DNA of 64,000 nucleotides from Octopus vulgaris (GCA_951406725.2 OX597817.1:131874001-131938000), one strand, 5' to 3'; shown: positions 11,601 through 26,830, counted from the first letter of the stretch. Notes: a model not told the origin generated them from the sequence alone. Made by a program: numbers and translations.

Positions 11601-13929
11601 TTCTTCAATCCGTACAACGTATGTTATATTGCTATATTGTTATAAAACATTTGGAAAATTTGTTCAATGCACTCCTTTTATTCCCAATTAGTTCGTTCAA
11701 TGATTTATGCTTGCTTCCATTTTGGATCATCTATTTTTACGATTATCGTTTATATACCTATATCAGATTCAATGACTTTTATATACATATATTTGCCTCC
11801 CTATTTTAGGGCATATTAAGCTCCTTTTTTACACACTCGTTACCAGCCATTTCCACTGTTGTAAGTTTTGGTTTCGTTACATTAATATTTTATATTAGAC
11901 CTCTATATAAAAGATAAATGCGAAATGAAAGTGATACAATAAATATTTATTGCAACTAAATTCCTCAAATCAGTTAGATTCAATGGAATTTCATATCCCA
12001 AATCATTAACAAATCACCACAATAACAAGCAAGGCCCAATCAAAGTTGTATTGCAATTTACCAAACTCAGCATAAATGTTTCTCTGGAACATCGTAAAAC
12101 GATTATTATGGAATATTATCATCTCAACTTTAGATAATTCTAGCCTTGCAAATCATGTTTCCTGCAAAATATCGATATGATTCTTCGTATGACACAAAAC
12201 CATATCACCCCGAACATTACACCACTTCATATTTTGTATTACGAAGCAACATTTAAGTTTATAACTTAAATTAATGTCGTCAACACTTTCCTAACTACAA
12301 CCGCAAAAATGTCAACATCAGCTATAAGATTAGATTAAAATTTCAGCACGAGGCCAGTGATTTCGAGGAAGTGGGGGTTAGTCGGTTACACTGAACTCAC
12401 TCTGCAAGTGGTATTTATATTATCGACCCCAAAAGGACAAACGGCAAAGTCGAACTCGGAGGTGTTTGAAATCAGAACGAGAAGATTATGAAAAAAAAAA
12501 AAAATGCACTTTGCCAAGCGAGCTAACAATTCCGCTAGCTCATCACCTTGAACCTTTCATATATTATACACAGAATGTATTTAACCAAATTTTTCACTTT
12601 ACCGATCTAAACCTTGTAAGTGAAAGTCACGTGATGATAATATTTTTTTCTGAGACTGGATCACCGGATGTAGACTTTTTTAAAAGTCTTTTAAAAATAT
12701 TTCTCGATTTCAGTTTCATAAACAAGTATACAGGCTCTTTGTGTACAGATTTATAGTACCGAGGAATATTATGATATATTAGGCTATGGAATATCTATCG
12801 TTATTGTCTAACGAATCATGTATATAAAGTATAGTTACTTTATCGGCATATTCATAAAAGTAACATGTAAGGATACAAATATATTCCATTGAAAACCAAA
12901 TACTCGACCAAATGCAGTGTTAGGGGAGAAACGTAAACACGTATAGTTTAGAAACGCGTCGTAGATTGCTTGAAGGAATGTAATAGAGAAGTAAAATAAC
13001 AAAATAGTGAAGAATTGTGAGCCTGCTATGACCACGAGAAATAATATCCTTTATATATTTAGACAGAAAGGCCTGCACAATGCAGAATATGGTTTTCTTG
13101 TTAGAGATTCACATTCTTTTCTTGATTTTATTCACATCTGGTGAAGGGCCATTTTGCCTGAAATTTATAAAGGTTACTAAACTTTTCCTTTTGACGCATT
13201 GAAAGCTTCTCTCTGTCTTCGTGATTTCGTTATTTTATTACATAGAGCTTAGTTGTGTAAAGTAATGATACATAAAGTGAAAGTTGCTAGAATAGTTTTG
13301 ATGGAAGGAAGAGGTGACGTGTTTAACAGAATGTAAGCGAAGTGACACAAAGAAGACAAACATGTGGGTTGAAAAGAACATATATACAAGGTGTATAGAA
13401 ATGGAATGACATACAGTATAAACAAGGGATAAAGAAAAGGATTAGAGCGGTCGCTGAAGAACTTGTGACCTTTTCTGGATTCAGTTGAAATATATTCATG
13501 ACATAACATTTGTTTAGACACAGCAACAATGTTTCTGAATGATTTATAAAATCGACCATTTTAAAGATTAATTCTGAATAGTTTTAAATCACCCTTTGTA
13601 ATTGATAAAAACGTCTAGGCTCTCTTCGATTAAACTTTTTATTCCACTGAAGAATGAACGCATTCGGACAAAATAATTTAGCTGTACGCGTGGCGCCCGC
13701 TGGATACTGTTAATACAAATGGAGGTAACTAGTGAGTGAGATGGATTAAAAATTTTAAATCAAGGAATATAAAATTCACAAATTTCACAGCATTCGCAAA
13801 TACCCTCACCCATACACACTCACACATTCACACACGCACACCAGCACCAAAACACACACACAATCACACTCACGCACACTCACACACGCACACACACACG
13901 CAAGCAACTTAAATTATTTTACTGTATCA

Positions 13930-15500
13930 ATAACGGAGTTCTCACGATTTCTAATTTGCGGTGGTCACGCATGAAACTGTGTCATCCTTTTTGGCAATCT
14001 TCAGTATGTCTTCACCTGTAAATTTGTTAATTAGATATATTACGAAGATAGAAATTACGGGATTAGTGTTGGATTGCCTATTGTTTTTCATCACAAAAAT
14101 TAACCACGAATTAACTGCACTTCACCTACGGCAGGAAGTCCGCTATAAGTTCCGTTCCTTGTTGTGCTGTGGTGGCCTGTCTCTATTAAAGAACCCGAGA
14201 GCTATGCCAGTTTCTTGTAGAGTCTCCCGAGCTATGCTGGACATGTGAAAGCATAGAGGACAGACTAATGTGGACCATCTCTCTCCAGAGGTAAAAATGA
14301 GTTTGCGTAGGACCAACAGCTCTCCCTAGAAAAAAAGGAAACAAAGTTCCGGAAGCATTGATGATAATTCAGAACAGACAGACCTAGGAACGGAGTGCCT
14401 TGTCATAAGGAAACATATACCTGAAGCGTAAGTTGGGACAGACTCCATAAGGCTTGCGAAAATAAGGCTGAAAATGTAGGGATCCATTTGGGAAGAGGCA
14501 AAAAAGACAGACAAGAGTCCGGAAGAGTAGAGAACAGTTGTTGATATAATATGTTCCATAGAGGGTGTAGGGCTTAGTCATAAGACGGTAGAAAGTCGAG
14601 AGCGTGTGTATACCCCTCAGAAGCCTTTCAAGTAGAAATGTACACTGCTGGCGATCGTAGAGAAACATGAGAAATTCATTAAGCAGATGTCGTAAATATT
14701 TAATTGCGTGAGAATCATAGTTGCAGCCGATAATTGAGGCCAAGAAGGTTGAAGGAATATGGCCGATCCTTTTCTCTAAATTTATGGCTTTATGTTGGAA
14801 ATGTGAAATAAATTAGTTATTAATTGATCAGATCAGTCGATTACAAATTAACATGGAGTCGTCTATTTTCCTTATATCATTAATGCAGATTTACATTACT
14901 TCCCGACTGTTCAGCGTATGGGATTCATTAGGGGTATCTGAAGGAAAGACAAACTGATATATATTAGGTAATGATCAAATATAGGAAACAAAACGAGAAG
15001 TTTTAACAAAGGTGTTACCAGTATAATAGTATAATATTTAAAAGGAAGGGAAAGAATCGCTGACGTTTCGGATGTTAATCATTTATTTTAAAATAAAAAG
15101 AATGGTTAAAGTTGTGAAGGAAAGGTAGATGAAACAAAAGGAAAATAGACGTCAGGTGGGAATGTGGTTGCCTGGGGAAAAGTTAGGAAAAGAGAAGTTG
15201 GCGGTTGGTGTGTTCATATATAGGAGGGTAACCGTTTACAAATATGTGCATGGGGGGTGCTGGCATAGGAAAGTAGGGCTGTAGGAGTATGGTGTATTTG
15301 TGTGAATGTACTTGGTCAGAGGGAAACAAATTAATAGAGTAAGCTATGGATATGGATTGTCAGTGGCTGATAGATATAAGACGAAGGGGCATTTTGATTG
15401 TAATACGAAGTCATTTCATTAGAAATTGATTAGTGTTCCGTTTTAAGAATGGTGATCTCGTTTCAATTAATAAGCCCTCCGCAGGGTAGGACATAGAGGA
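13930..15500 (-). mobile_element. Decayed Penelope-like element (pLTR plus ORF 5' part)
   Basis: GIY-YIG-terminus-like LLIETRSPFLKRN near 15480, GAAACGTC stem-III motif at ~15060-15070, then broken minus-strand ORFs 14326-14800; the order fits pLTR-then-ORF. Confidence 0.4.
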
Positions 15501-16029
15501 CAGAATCACGAAACCGAAGGAAATAATTATAATCAGCTAAATAATCTCAGAGATGTTTGAGGTGTTGTCAAACAATCGGAAATGAACTGATTTTGCTCTC
15601 GCACAGAGATAAACAACACGTTTTAGAGATGTTGTTGTTGTCTGTGTTGTTATTGTTGCTGCTATGTAAATCCTGCCTAGCCTTTATCGATCCACATTTT
15701 GATGAAGTCTTTCCAACCATGATCGTTCCATGTATTATTCACACAGAGTGACACCCCTGTCTATGTAGTACATTGTTTCCAAATCTTCATTAACTTAATA
15801 TGGAATAATTCAATAGATATTTAACGGCATCAGCACGTAGGTATTTGTATATGTTTCCTGAGCTTCATCCAAATGTAAATTTTGGATTATTTGATTCTCT
15901 GTCTGAAGGATTTCCAACAGGGGACTTCTTACTTGTTTCTCCGACATGTGAAATTTTATAACTACTATTATCAAATGAAGCATGTGTAATGATGGATAAA
16001 TAATATCTAAATTTTTTTCCTGTCTCTTG

Positions 16030-16180
16030 GTAAGCAGGTGTATTAGTTTGACGCTCAGGGAGGTGAGAAATTCTATTGCGTTCCGACCCTATGCTCTTCA
16101 ACAAAAGGAAAGAGATAAGAGAAAATAAACAGAGAGGGATAGAGAGAGAATGAAAAAAAACGTGTGTGTTTAGTGATCAA
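16030..16180 (-). mobile_element. Family H1 repeat with decayed hammerhead
   Basis: Reverse complement ttgttgaagagcatagggtcggaacg...gagcgtcaaactaatacacc aligns to 3360-3490. Confidence 0.65.
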
Positions 16181-16182
16181 GC

Positions 16183-16230
<48 letters not shown>

Positions 16231-16984
16231 TGGGAAAATTATACGAAATGTATAAATAGATATATATACGAAAAACAGTAACAAGGTTTTCCAAGCATGT
16301 TATGGTGCAAGATAGAATATTTAGAATTACTGTTATCTGATGAAAAATTGAAGTCTATCTTTAGCATGAGAAATGGAAAGTTAAGTGGAGAACTACTTGA
16401 TAAAAGGCAATTGTGAGGAAATAGGATTTGCTGCAGCACAAAGAACAGAAGTGAATGTAATGTCAAAGATTTATCTTCTGACTTTCACTGCAGAAGTTCG
16501 TGAACGTTCTGAATGTGACGTTTGTTGTGTAAAACAAGGTAAATGAGGAGTTCGTGGGTGACTTCAGCACAAGCGTATTAAAACAAATGGCACGTCAGGG
16601 AAAGAGGGACGTTGCTATGCTGCAGTGATTCTGGTCAACGCCTACGGTTCGATAGGCGCATATGCTGGTGGAGGTTACATTAGTGAGGTGCCATGTTACT
16701 CAGAAGGTAAAATAATTCTTCCTGAACTACTGCAGAAAGTCGAGGTTCTGTTCACCTATCATCTCTATTCCGAAAGAATTTAGGTATTTCATATGAGGTA
16801 TGGACGTGGTCAATATTTTTGACATTAGATTACAGAAAACGAAGGAAGTTATACTGGAATTACAGATCAGATATCTACAACATGGTTTAAAGAATGATAA
16901 CCTCTGCACAATCTCTGCCTCCAAATTTTCGACCTGCGATCAATGAAAGTTTTATAAGTTACAGTTACAAGTTATAAGTTACAG

Positions 16985-17160
16985 GGGTGAGCTGGCAGAA
17001 TCATTTACTCGCCGGACAAAATGCTTGGCGGCAATTCTTCCGTCTTTGCGTTCTGATTTCAAATTCCGCCGAGTTCGACCTTACCTTTTATCCTTTTAGG
17101 TTTGATAAAATAACTACCTGTTGGGCAATAAGGTCGATGTAATCGACTGAGCTACTCTTC
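16985..17160 (+). mobile_element. SINE family A
   Basis: ggtgagctggcagaatc...ttcaaattccgccgagttcgacc...gtcgatgtaatcgac. Confidence 0.8.
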
Positions 17161-17353
17161 AAATACAGTATAAAAACTGTACCACCCGACCACGCCATGT
17201 AAACCAAGAGCAGCAGAGAAGGCTCATCGAACGAGTTTGATCTCAAGATCGAATTAACGGCCTATCGTAGTTGGTGGAGAGAAGACCCTGAGGCATTTGT
17301 TCTGCAGTCGACTGAGCATAGGCAATCCAATATCTTTCGAATATATCAATATA

Positions 17354-17605
17354 TATAAATATAATATGTGACAATTAGTTGGTTGTCATAATAAAAACTC
17401 AGTGTTCGGATACCGGGGCTAAAGTCTGCTCCAGCATCTCATCAGTTATTAAGACAAAACACTATAAAAAAAACACCGGTATCCGAAACTCTGAGTTTGA
17501 GTATGACAACCAAATAATTGGCACATATTATATTTATAGATAAATTCCTCTATTTTATATAATACCGAGGTCTCATCCATTCTTTTGTCATATTATTGTT
17601 ATTAA
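17354..17605. mobile_element. Inverted-repeat insertion containing a hammerhead motif (PLE pLTR-like)
   Basis: Arms ~17354-17416 and ~17476-17538 are reverse complements. Minus strand CTGATGA-GATGCTGG...CCGGTATC-c-GAA; plus arm ccggtatccGAAACtctgaGT. Confidence 0.75.
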
Positions 17606-17645
17606 TACACACCCACACACACACCCACACACACACACACACACT

Positions 17646-17675
<30 letters not shown>

Positions 17676-17677
<2 letters not shown>

Positions 17678-17878
17678 GTTAATCCAAACAAGAAAGCACA
17701 AAAAAACATAACAACGCGAGGACGTGGAACAAATATAGTATTATTGGACGCTCAGGAAAGAAGGAAAGAAGGAGGGTTTAACGTTTCGAGCGGAGCTCTT
17801 CGTCGGAAACAGAGGAGAAGGAAAGATCCAGAGAAGGGAAGACAGAGGACAAAAAATCGCCAACGGTACACACGCGAT
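17676..17878 (-). mobile_element. Family H1 repeat with well-formed hammerhead
   Basis: Minus strand ttt-CCGACGA-a-GAGC-tcc-GCTC-GAAACGTT-aaa at 17778-17809. Confidence 0.75.
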
Positions 17879-17895
17879 ATATATGTGTGTGTGCG

Positions 17896-17989
<94 letters not shown>

Positions 17990-18698
17990 ATATGTATGCA
18001 TATGTTTGTGTGTCCATGTTTCTCCTCCCGACATCGCTTAACAACCGATGCTGGTGTATTTACGTCTCCGGAACTTAGCGGTTCGGCAAAAGAGAACGAT
18101 AGACTAAGTACTAGGCTTACAAAGAAAGCATTCTGGCGATGCTACAGCATTGCCGCGATGTCAAATGACTGAAACAAATAAAAGAATATGTGCATATGTT
18201 ACAACTTTTCAGTTTTAACATATGTACATTATTGAGTAATTTAGCCGAGGTGGGTAAACGAATATAGACTTTGAAGGTTATGAGATGCGACAGAAGATCG
18301 GATGTTTTTTAGTACAGAAAGTTGGAATATTTAGATTAAACGCTTCAGGGTTATTTGTAGAAATGTCTTTAAGACTAAGGTAAGAGTGTGTTTATCACTT
18401 CTCGTTTAGATCCGCTTCCGTGTTAAGTCTCGAGTCACAAAGATATAATATGGTTTCATTGAGATGTCGACATACATAAAACATAAAACTATTTCAGTAA
18501 GCGCACACAACCCACCACGTGTATGCATACACACACACACATATACATACATAAATGCATACTTACATACATACGTACATACATACACTTCCATGCACAT
18601 AATATATAAGCGTATGTATGTATATACGTATGCATATATATGTATGTATATATGTATATCTATGTATACATATCTACGTATATATATATATATGTATA

Positions 18699-18761
<63 letters not shown>

Positions 18762-19644
18762 TTATATATATGTGCATATATGTATATATATATATATTAT
18801 ATATATGTGTGTGTTATATATTATATTATATATATATATATATGTATGTATGTATGTATATATGTATGTATGTATGTATGTATGCATGTATTATATGTTA
18901 CACACACATCAGTCTCTCCCCAACAACAAAGCGCGTGCAAAGTGTGTTCTACTGATCTTTAAAAGAATCCTGCAACGAAAGATCAAACAGCATAAAACTT
19001 CGTTGAGCAACTCAAATATAATCATACTTTGGAGAAACGATGGAATCACAGGAATCCTCCACATGAAAGGCAACTAAACAAATGGTAAATCAACAACAAC
19101 AAAATGCACAGCAGCAACAACAACAACACCAACAATAATAATAACTAGCAATTTGAGATAAAAGCTAGGTAAGGTTGGTTCTAAGAATTATATAATGTCT
19201 GGTGTAGAATAACATCATACAAAACAAGATTTATTAAACATGTCTCTCACTTAACTCTACCAAGTGAAAGAAGGCGAAAAAAATCTATCAAAACGAAACT
19301 AATAATAATAAAAAAAAGAGACTAGTTATGATGTATTGGCATTGTGGTTTCCATGATATATCCGAATGCGTTAATGGAATAAGTGAGTTTGGTATATTTG
19401 TTTATGGTTTTATGAGGAATAATCCTTTAGAATGCAAAGCATTTTTTTTTCCTTTTTGAATGGCGAACGCTTGTATAACAGCGCCAACGACATGTAAGAC
19501 GTAAGCGATAATAGCTCTTAGCAAAATTTGACCCAAAACCTTAAACATATTTAGTGATAGAAATTCATTTTCTAAAATGTATTATCAACAGCGTGAAGTA
19601 ATGAAGAATTTTAATAATTCCTTTGTCGTAGCTTCAGAAAATTT

Positions 19645-19904
19645 GTTATCTTTTACTTGCTTCAGTTATTGGGCAGCAACCATGCTGGGAGAAGGCTTTG
19701 AAACGCTTCAGTCGAAGAACTGGGTGGGTTTTTTTAAGACTAGCACTTACTTTGCTGGCTCTCATTTGCTGAATCCCTGTGTCACAGGAACGTAAACACT
19801 TCAACCAAATTCTGGTTGTCGGGCGGTACCGAGAGAGTGCGACAAACACAGACACAAACACATAAACTCATACCTATCTATCTATCTATCTATCTACATA
19901 TATA

Positions 19905-19951
<47 letters not shown>

Positions 19952-20110
19952 GACGGGCTTCCGCTTAGTTTCTGTCAACCAAATTTACGCATAAAGCCTT
20001 GGTATGCTTCAGGCTATAAGTACATGACACTCGTCCAGGTCACCGCTGAGCAGCTGTAGTGAACCCGACACCAAAAGGCTGCACAGCTAGCTTCAGAACT
20101 ACACCGCTAA
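19645..20110 (-). mobile_element. SINE family B with internal microsatellite
   Basis: Tail (ttttacttgcttcagt...catgctgg), then (ATCT)/(AT) tract, then head (cgacgggcttccgc..agtttctgtcaaccaaa). Confidence 0.65.
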
Positions 20111-20907
20111 CTTTTAAGAACTTCATTTCCTGTTCTATATTTCACTCAAAGTATTACCAAATTCATTCATTAACCTAGAAATTACATAGTGAACTCCAAA
20201 ATTCAAAATAAACCACGTTTAATAGAAGACACAGAATCACCTAAAACAAGCGAATATGCATTAAAAGTAGATCGGTTAATTCCATAATCCTATAATACGT
20301 GGTAGGCAGTGAGTGATCTAAAAGTATTTCAATGGAAACGTATTTAAAAGCATGTCACAAAATGATTTGCCATCTGCTCTGACAATTAATCTACTCAAGC
20401 GGCATCCATTAAGACGTACATTTGTACAGCATTCTCTTTCTTTCTTTGAGTTATTGACATATTCGATGCATAGATTTTAGTTCAATGAATTCACGAGTCT
20501 TTTTCTATAGTGGCCGTCTCTTCTGATTAGTTTGTTTAGACGCTGGGAAGGTCTCCATTAAAGAAAACAAAAAAAGGGATACACTTCGATATTTAACGTG
20601 CATTTTTCATTCATATATTTTTTCTTTCTTTCATGTTTTCATAATTCTTCTCGTTCAACAGGTAGACACGTAAACATACGCACCCATGAACACAAGAATC
20701 CTGTGTGTGTGTATATATATATATATATACGCATGTATCTATCTATCTATTTATCTATCTATATATCTATCTACCTATCTATCTATCTATCTATATATAT
20801 ATATATACACACATACATATATATATGTATGTATATATATATATATATGTATGTATCTAGATATACATATATATCTATATCTATCTATCTATCTATATAT
20901 CTATATA

Positions 20908-20938
<31 letters not shown>

Positions 20939-20943
20939 ATATG

Positions 20944-20979
<36 letters not shown>

Positions 20980-20994
20980 TAAATAGATAGATAG

Positions 20995-21213
20995 TGAAGG
21001 CGCGTGGCTTAGTGTTTAGGGCAAAAATGGGTAGTACTTGTATTTAGAAGGGCCAGCTTTGTCACACTCTGCGTCACGGTGAATCGACTTGAGAACTACA
21101 TTAAGAGTACCCGTGTCTGTGGAGTGCTCAGCCACTTGTACGGTAATTTCACGAGCAAGCTGTTCCGTTGATCGGAGCAGCTGGGGCCCTCATCGTCGTA
21201 ACCGACAGACTGT

Positions 21214-21216
<3 letters not shown>
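20995..21216 (+). mobile_element. SINE family C, internally deleted
   Basis: gaaggcgcgtggcttagtg joined directly to gcaaaaatgggtagtacttgtattt...gtggagtgctcagccact...aatttcacgagca; matches 62846-63165. Confidence 0.8.
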
Positions 21217-21252
<36 letters not shown>

Positions 21253-21621
21253 CTACACGCACGCACACATGCCACATTACACTCACTCACACACACGCAC
21301 ATACACACACATACGCTCGCGCAAACACACACCTATCTGTATGCATGCGATGTATGTACATAGCGTACTCTCCGCTCGTTGGGAGGATCAGGAAGAAAGA
21401 CTCGATACAGCGCGATAAAAATATCCTTCTTTAACTTAAAATGCTTCTTAACCTTTATTCTCATTTGCTTTTCTTGTATTCCTTCGCGTGGCTCCAATGT
21501 TATCTGAACCCGAACAATTGCTCAATCGAGCACAGTACACTATACAGGCTCTTGCCAGTATCGCGCTTTCCGAGCATGAAATTTGAAGGAGCTCGGATAT
21601 AAATCCTATAATTATGAAATG

Positions 21622-21688
<67 letters not shown>

Positions 21689-23295
21689 CTACCTATCTAT
21701 CTTACTTCTTTCTCTCTCTTTATACACACATACACGCATAAATATTTATATATATATATATATATATAATTCAGGGTATAAGCACAATCTGAGTGATTAC
21801 GTCATCATTCATAATATGTCGTATGCAATAAACAAGGTTTGAAATAAACAAAGATGGTTAACGAAAATGTTCGTGGCAACAGTTTAGCTCTTCATTTATT
21901 TTATAAACTTCAAGAGAATAAGATAATTGTTCTTTATATGCAACGTTGTATCTTAAAATAAATAAATTTATATCTCAATATCTAGCCACAAATTTTATAG
22001 CTTTATTTAATTTATGGCATATCAGTCCCAATACCAAGTGCTACAGAGTGGCACAAGGCTTATAAATTCTCATAACCTCAACAACATAGAATTCTTGCAG
22101 GTTAGAATAAAATTTCTAAAATGGAAAGAGAATTTCAAAGGATTGCTTTGAAACAATGGTAAATCACCTGCCACCTTTAGGCATTTTCTATGCAAAGCGT
22201 TTTAAAATCTATATTTACTCGCTATTCTTATATCTATGTTTTCTTTGAGATACATCACATCAATAAAAATTATATATATATACATATGTATAGTATACTG
22301 TTTCGTGAAGGGAAGATGATCTTTTAGATCTAGGTTCTTCATTGAAATGTTGACTTCTAGAACTGAAATTTTTAGCGAATGTAAAGATATGGATAAGTAC
22401 TTGTTGGCGAAAAGAAAAATCTACCGTCTTCGAATTGAGCAGCAGTACCACAGTCTCAAGGCCCATATCCATTCAGCCTTGTGCCTTTACGATCAAAGGG
22501 GACATAATTCTAATTCTCCGCCTTTGTTCTTTTCCGATTTTCGGTGTTTTCAACGTTCCACATTTTACATCGACTTCCTTTTCGCCTTTCTCGTATTCTC
22601 TCTCATTCTATCATCTGTCCTGCTTTAGCTGTTTATGTCATCTAGGCAGAGCCTCAGGATTACGTGATGGCAGCAGACATGCTATAAAATGCTGATTCAG
22701 TCATTTTAATCCCATGAACATACTAGCAGCTCATAAAAATAGATACTTTGTTTATTAAATAATATATACATATATATATGTATGTATATATATATATGTA
22801 TGTATTTATGTATATGTATACGTATATATAAAATTTTATAATTAATTTATATTATGATAAGGCACACACGGTCCCAGCATTGTTGTGAAAATCGGAGTCG
22901 AAAAATCCTTTAAGAAAACAACTAATCACTAGAAAAATAACAAGGACAACAGAAGTCGAGCTACGAGCATAGAAATTAACTTCCCATTACGGGAGTAAAC
23001 CGTAGAATTTTGGAAATAGATATTCGTTGTGTATGTATGTCTGAGTGTATTTATGTATGCATGCGTGAACATGTAACTATGTGTATATGAAGGTAATATA
23101 ACGGTTGCCTGCCACATTGCGTATCGCACGTTGAAGTTTCTTCAAGTCAATCAACTGAATAGCCTGACCATAGGAAATATAGGGAAACATTCAAGTAAAT
23201 ATATGTAGGGGAATTTATCACTGTCACCAGTGTAACTTAAAGTAGCGATATTATATATATATATATATATATATGTATATGTATATGTTGATTAA

Positions 23296-23431
<136 letters not shown>

Positions 23432-23850
23432 CGTGTCGCATTATAGAATCTACGTCATTTTGGGTTATACACGGCTCGCTATGACGCAAAAGAAGGTTGT
23501 TCGACCATCGTAATTTTGGCACGAATTTAAACCTTGCGTCTACTGAATGATACACACAAGCAAACGAGCATACACACACAGGCACGCACACAAACACGCG
23601 CGCGCACACACACACACAAAGAGGCACATACACTCACTCACACACACATATAGACACGTGTTGGGAATGTTACCCAACAGCAGATTACGTTATAAGTATT
23701 ATTTTCTTTCATCTGAAATAAAAGTAAATTGAACTTTCACAAAAGTTTTAATGTTCTGCAGCATAAATGCAATCGATGATGTTATAACTGGGAAACAGCA
23801 ACAATATATCCGTTAGACATCATTCTATATGTATACACTTGTTTGATATG

Positions 23851-23916
<66 letters not shown>

Positions 23917-24523
23917 TATGTGTACATATACATACACATCTATCTACATACATCATACATATGATATATATATATAAAGATATATATATATAAAGATATA
24001 TATATATATATATATATAGGTAGATAGATAGATAGATATATACATATTTACGTGCATACACAGGTTCGTACCTACACACCTGCACACACTCACACACTTA
24101 CTAATGATAAATGTGTGTATTGTATCTATTGCCTAATTGAAAACTCACCTAGTTGTCTTTCCCTTTCTCATACTCAAAGCACATATACGTTTATGCATGT
24201 ATGTATGTATGTTTGTATGTATGTATGTATGTATGTATGTATGTATGTATGTATGTATGTATGTATGTATGTGTGTGTGTGTGTGTTTGTTTGTTTGTGT
24301 GTGTGTATGTATGTATGTATGTTTGTATTAATGTTTGTATGTATACATGCATACATCAAAACATTAAGAGAAATGGTAGTTGATAGGACTTTGTGAAGTG
24401 TAACATTAGTGTTTATACAAAGGAAATTCTCACATTTATTTCTTTCGTCGAACGGCGGTTTCTTAAGGTTCACCCTCGGAGATAGTCATCGGCAAAACAT
24501 TAGTTTACATTCTCGGCATGTAT

Positions 24524-24584
<61 letters not shown>

Positions 24585-24641
24585 GCGTGTATGTGTCTGT
24601 GTGTGCGTGTGAGTGTATGTGTGTGTGTGTGTGTGTGTATG

Positions 24642-24672
<31 letters not shown>

Positions 24673-24989
24673 GTTTTTGTGACGCGTTTACAATGAATGA
24701 AAGTGAATAGTTAACATTAAGCTAAACAACCACTCAATACTTTTTGGGGTTGTTGGGGGGGGCGGTGTACACGGTTAATGTTTTAGAAAGAGAGAAATGA
24801 CAGTGACTTCGAGGCTTCGGGTTTCTTGCTTTCGCGGGACTCTTCAAGAAAGTCTTGCTGGCTGAAACTCTGAAGTCACTGTTTCCCTCATCTTGTAGAA
24901 GCAGGAACACGCACTCGCGCTCACACACACACGCCAACTCGCGCGCGGACACAGACACACACACGCACATTCTTTTATGCGTTTCGGCC

Positions 24990-25360
24990 TATATGTTGAA
25001 GCCATGCTGTTGTATTGCCACAATGATTACTTTTCAAAGAAGATCCCCTTGTCGTTGACTTTTGATGAAGGAGTGAGCTTCATATTGTTGTCCCGTTTAA
25101 GTTTCTTCCCGTGATCTAGTTTTATGTGTGATCTGAGACAGCAGAAGATCAAGGAGTTTGAAAACATCTATCCCTACTCCATGTAGACCTCCCAGGTGTT
25201 TTTTATGATATAAAATAACTGTAGGTTTTGAATCCCAAGCCATTGCTGTAACTGGTCCTTATAATAGTCGGGGTTGGGAAATATGAGTGCAGTGACGTCT
25301 TGTTGGGGACCTTGTATAGGTAAGGATGTCAAAGTTTGGTGCCATCTCCTATCATATCTT

Positions 25361-25433
<73 letters not shown>

Positions 25434-26233
25434 AGCGTACCTTCCCCGTCTTCTTTCACCATCTTTCAGTAACTCAGATATTCCATTGACGCAATCTTGG
25501 TATAATTCCGCTCAACTACCTCCAGTTCCGTTATTTATTTGACGCCAGGGTTGAGTGACCATAATTGAAAGCATTTCAAACGGCTGAAGATCAATGTTCT
25601 GTTCATAGGACCAGCATAATTTCCTGGTCTCTTGGTCTGTAAGTTCTTAGAATCCAACTAGCCATTCACCTTCACATTGTCACCATCTTAGCGATGTACT
25701 TGCGAAACAATGCATCGTTCCTCATTAATCTCCAGGCTGTGCATTGTGTTTGACCCTGGGATTATGGAATTAACGCTCGTTTTAGTGCAAAGTATTTTTG
25801 TTGCTGTATGTTAAAGCAAGTAGGCTGCTGGAGGAAGGGTAGAAATTTTTCGATATTTGACTGCGTTTTGTTTTCATCACTCCATTTATAAATGGTATCT
25901 TACTTTTTCTGTAGAAATGAGCATCCAGAGTATTCTTGATGTTTTGTTACTTACGCGTCATCAGCATAGCTATGAAGACTGGCTACCTGTATAATGACGG
26001 CAAAACTGAGAGGGCCACCACAAACGGAAGTGACTCCATGACAGGTGCCTAAGTTACTCCACTCGCTACTAATGTCTTCTCGGAGAGGCACCATTGGCTG
26101 CCGCAGCCTGGCTTCATGTATTCCCTCTCTCAGATTTCCAACTTTGCCATGACTTTGCAACTTGTGACATATGATCGCATCATCAACTACATCAAACACC
26201 TTTGCAAACACTATATAAATAAACAAATAAATA

Positions 26234-26300
<67 letters not shown>

Positions 26301-26588
26301 TGTATGTATGTATGTATGTATGTGTGTGTGTGTGTGTTTGTATAAGTTCAAATTTACGAAGTGTATATTTGGTATAGAGCAAATGGCTAAGGTCAGGTTG
26401 GTTGTGAAGTTGAGGTATCTTCAGAGAAGCACTCAACCCGAATACTGGGCTATGAGCACCGTCGGGTTTCAAGTCAAAACCGGAATTCTTTTGGTGTTGA
26501 GAATCCAAGTTTCAGGATGATTATGCAACCAATGGGTTTGGCGAGGAGTAAATAATCCAATAGAAAGATGACAAACAAAATTCTTTTC

Positions 26589-26647
<59 letters not shown>

Positions 26648-26830
26648 AGAGTTTGGATAGATAACTAATGGAAATGCAGTTTGTCGAAGACTCCACATAC
26701 CCATTGCCAGAAGCCATCACGAGAGAATGTGCACCGATCCGAGGCCTTCTACCCTGCAACTTTACAGCGCACAGGCCCAGCTCATTATGTGAAGACCCAC
26801 CAACTGATTTGACTGACAAGTATTCGGCCA
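24990..26830 (-). mobile_element. Degraded APE-type LINE reverse transcriptase remnant, interrupted by microsatellites
   Basis: FAKVFDVVDDAIICHKL (F.KAFD.V.H..L..KL) and HSYADDA on the minus strand at 25950-26210; related to 32745-32930. Outer limits uncertain. Confidence 0.6.
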
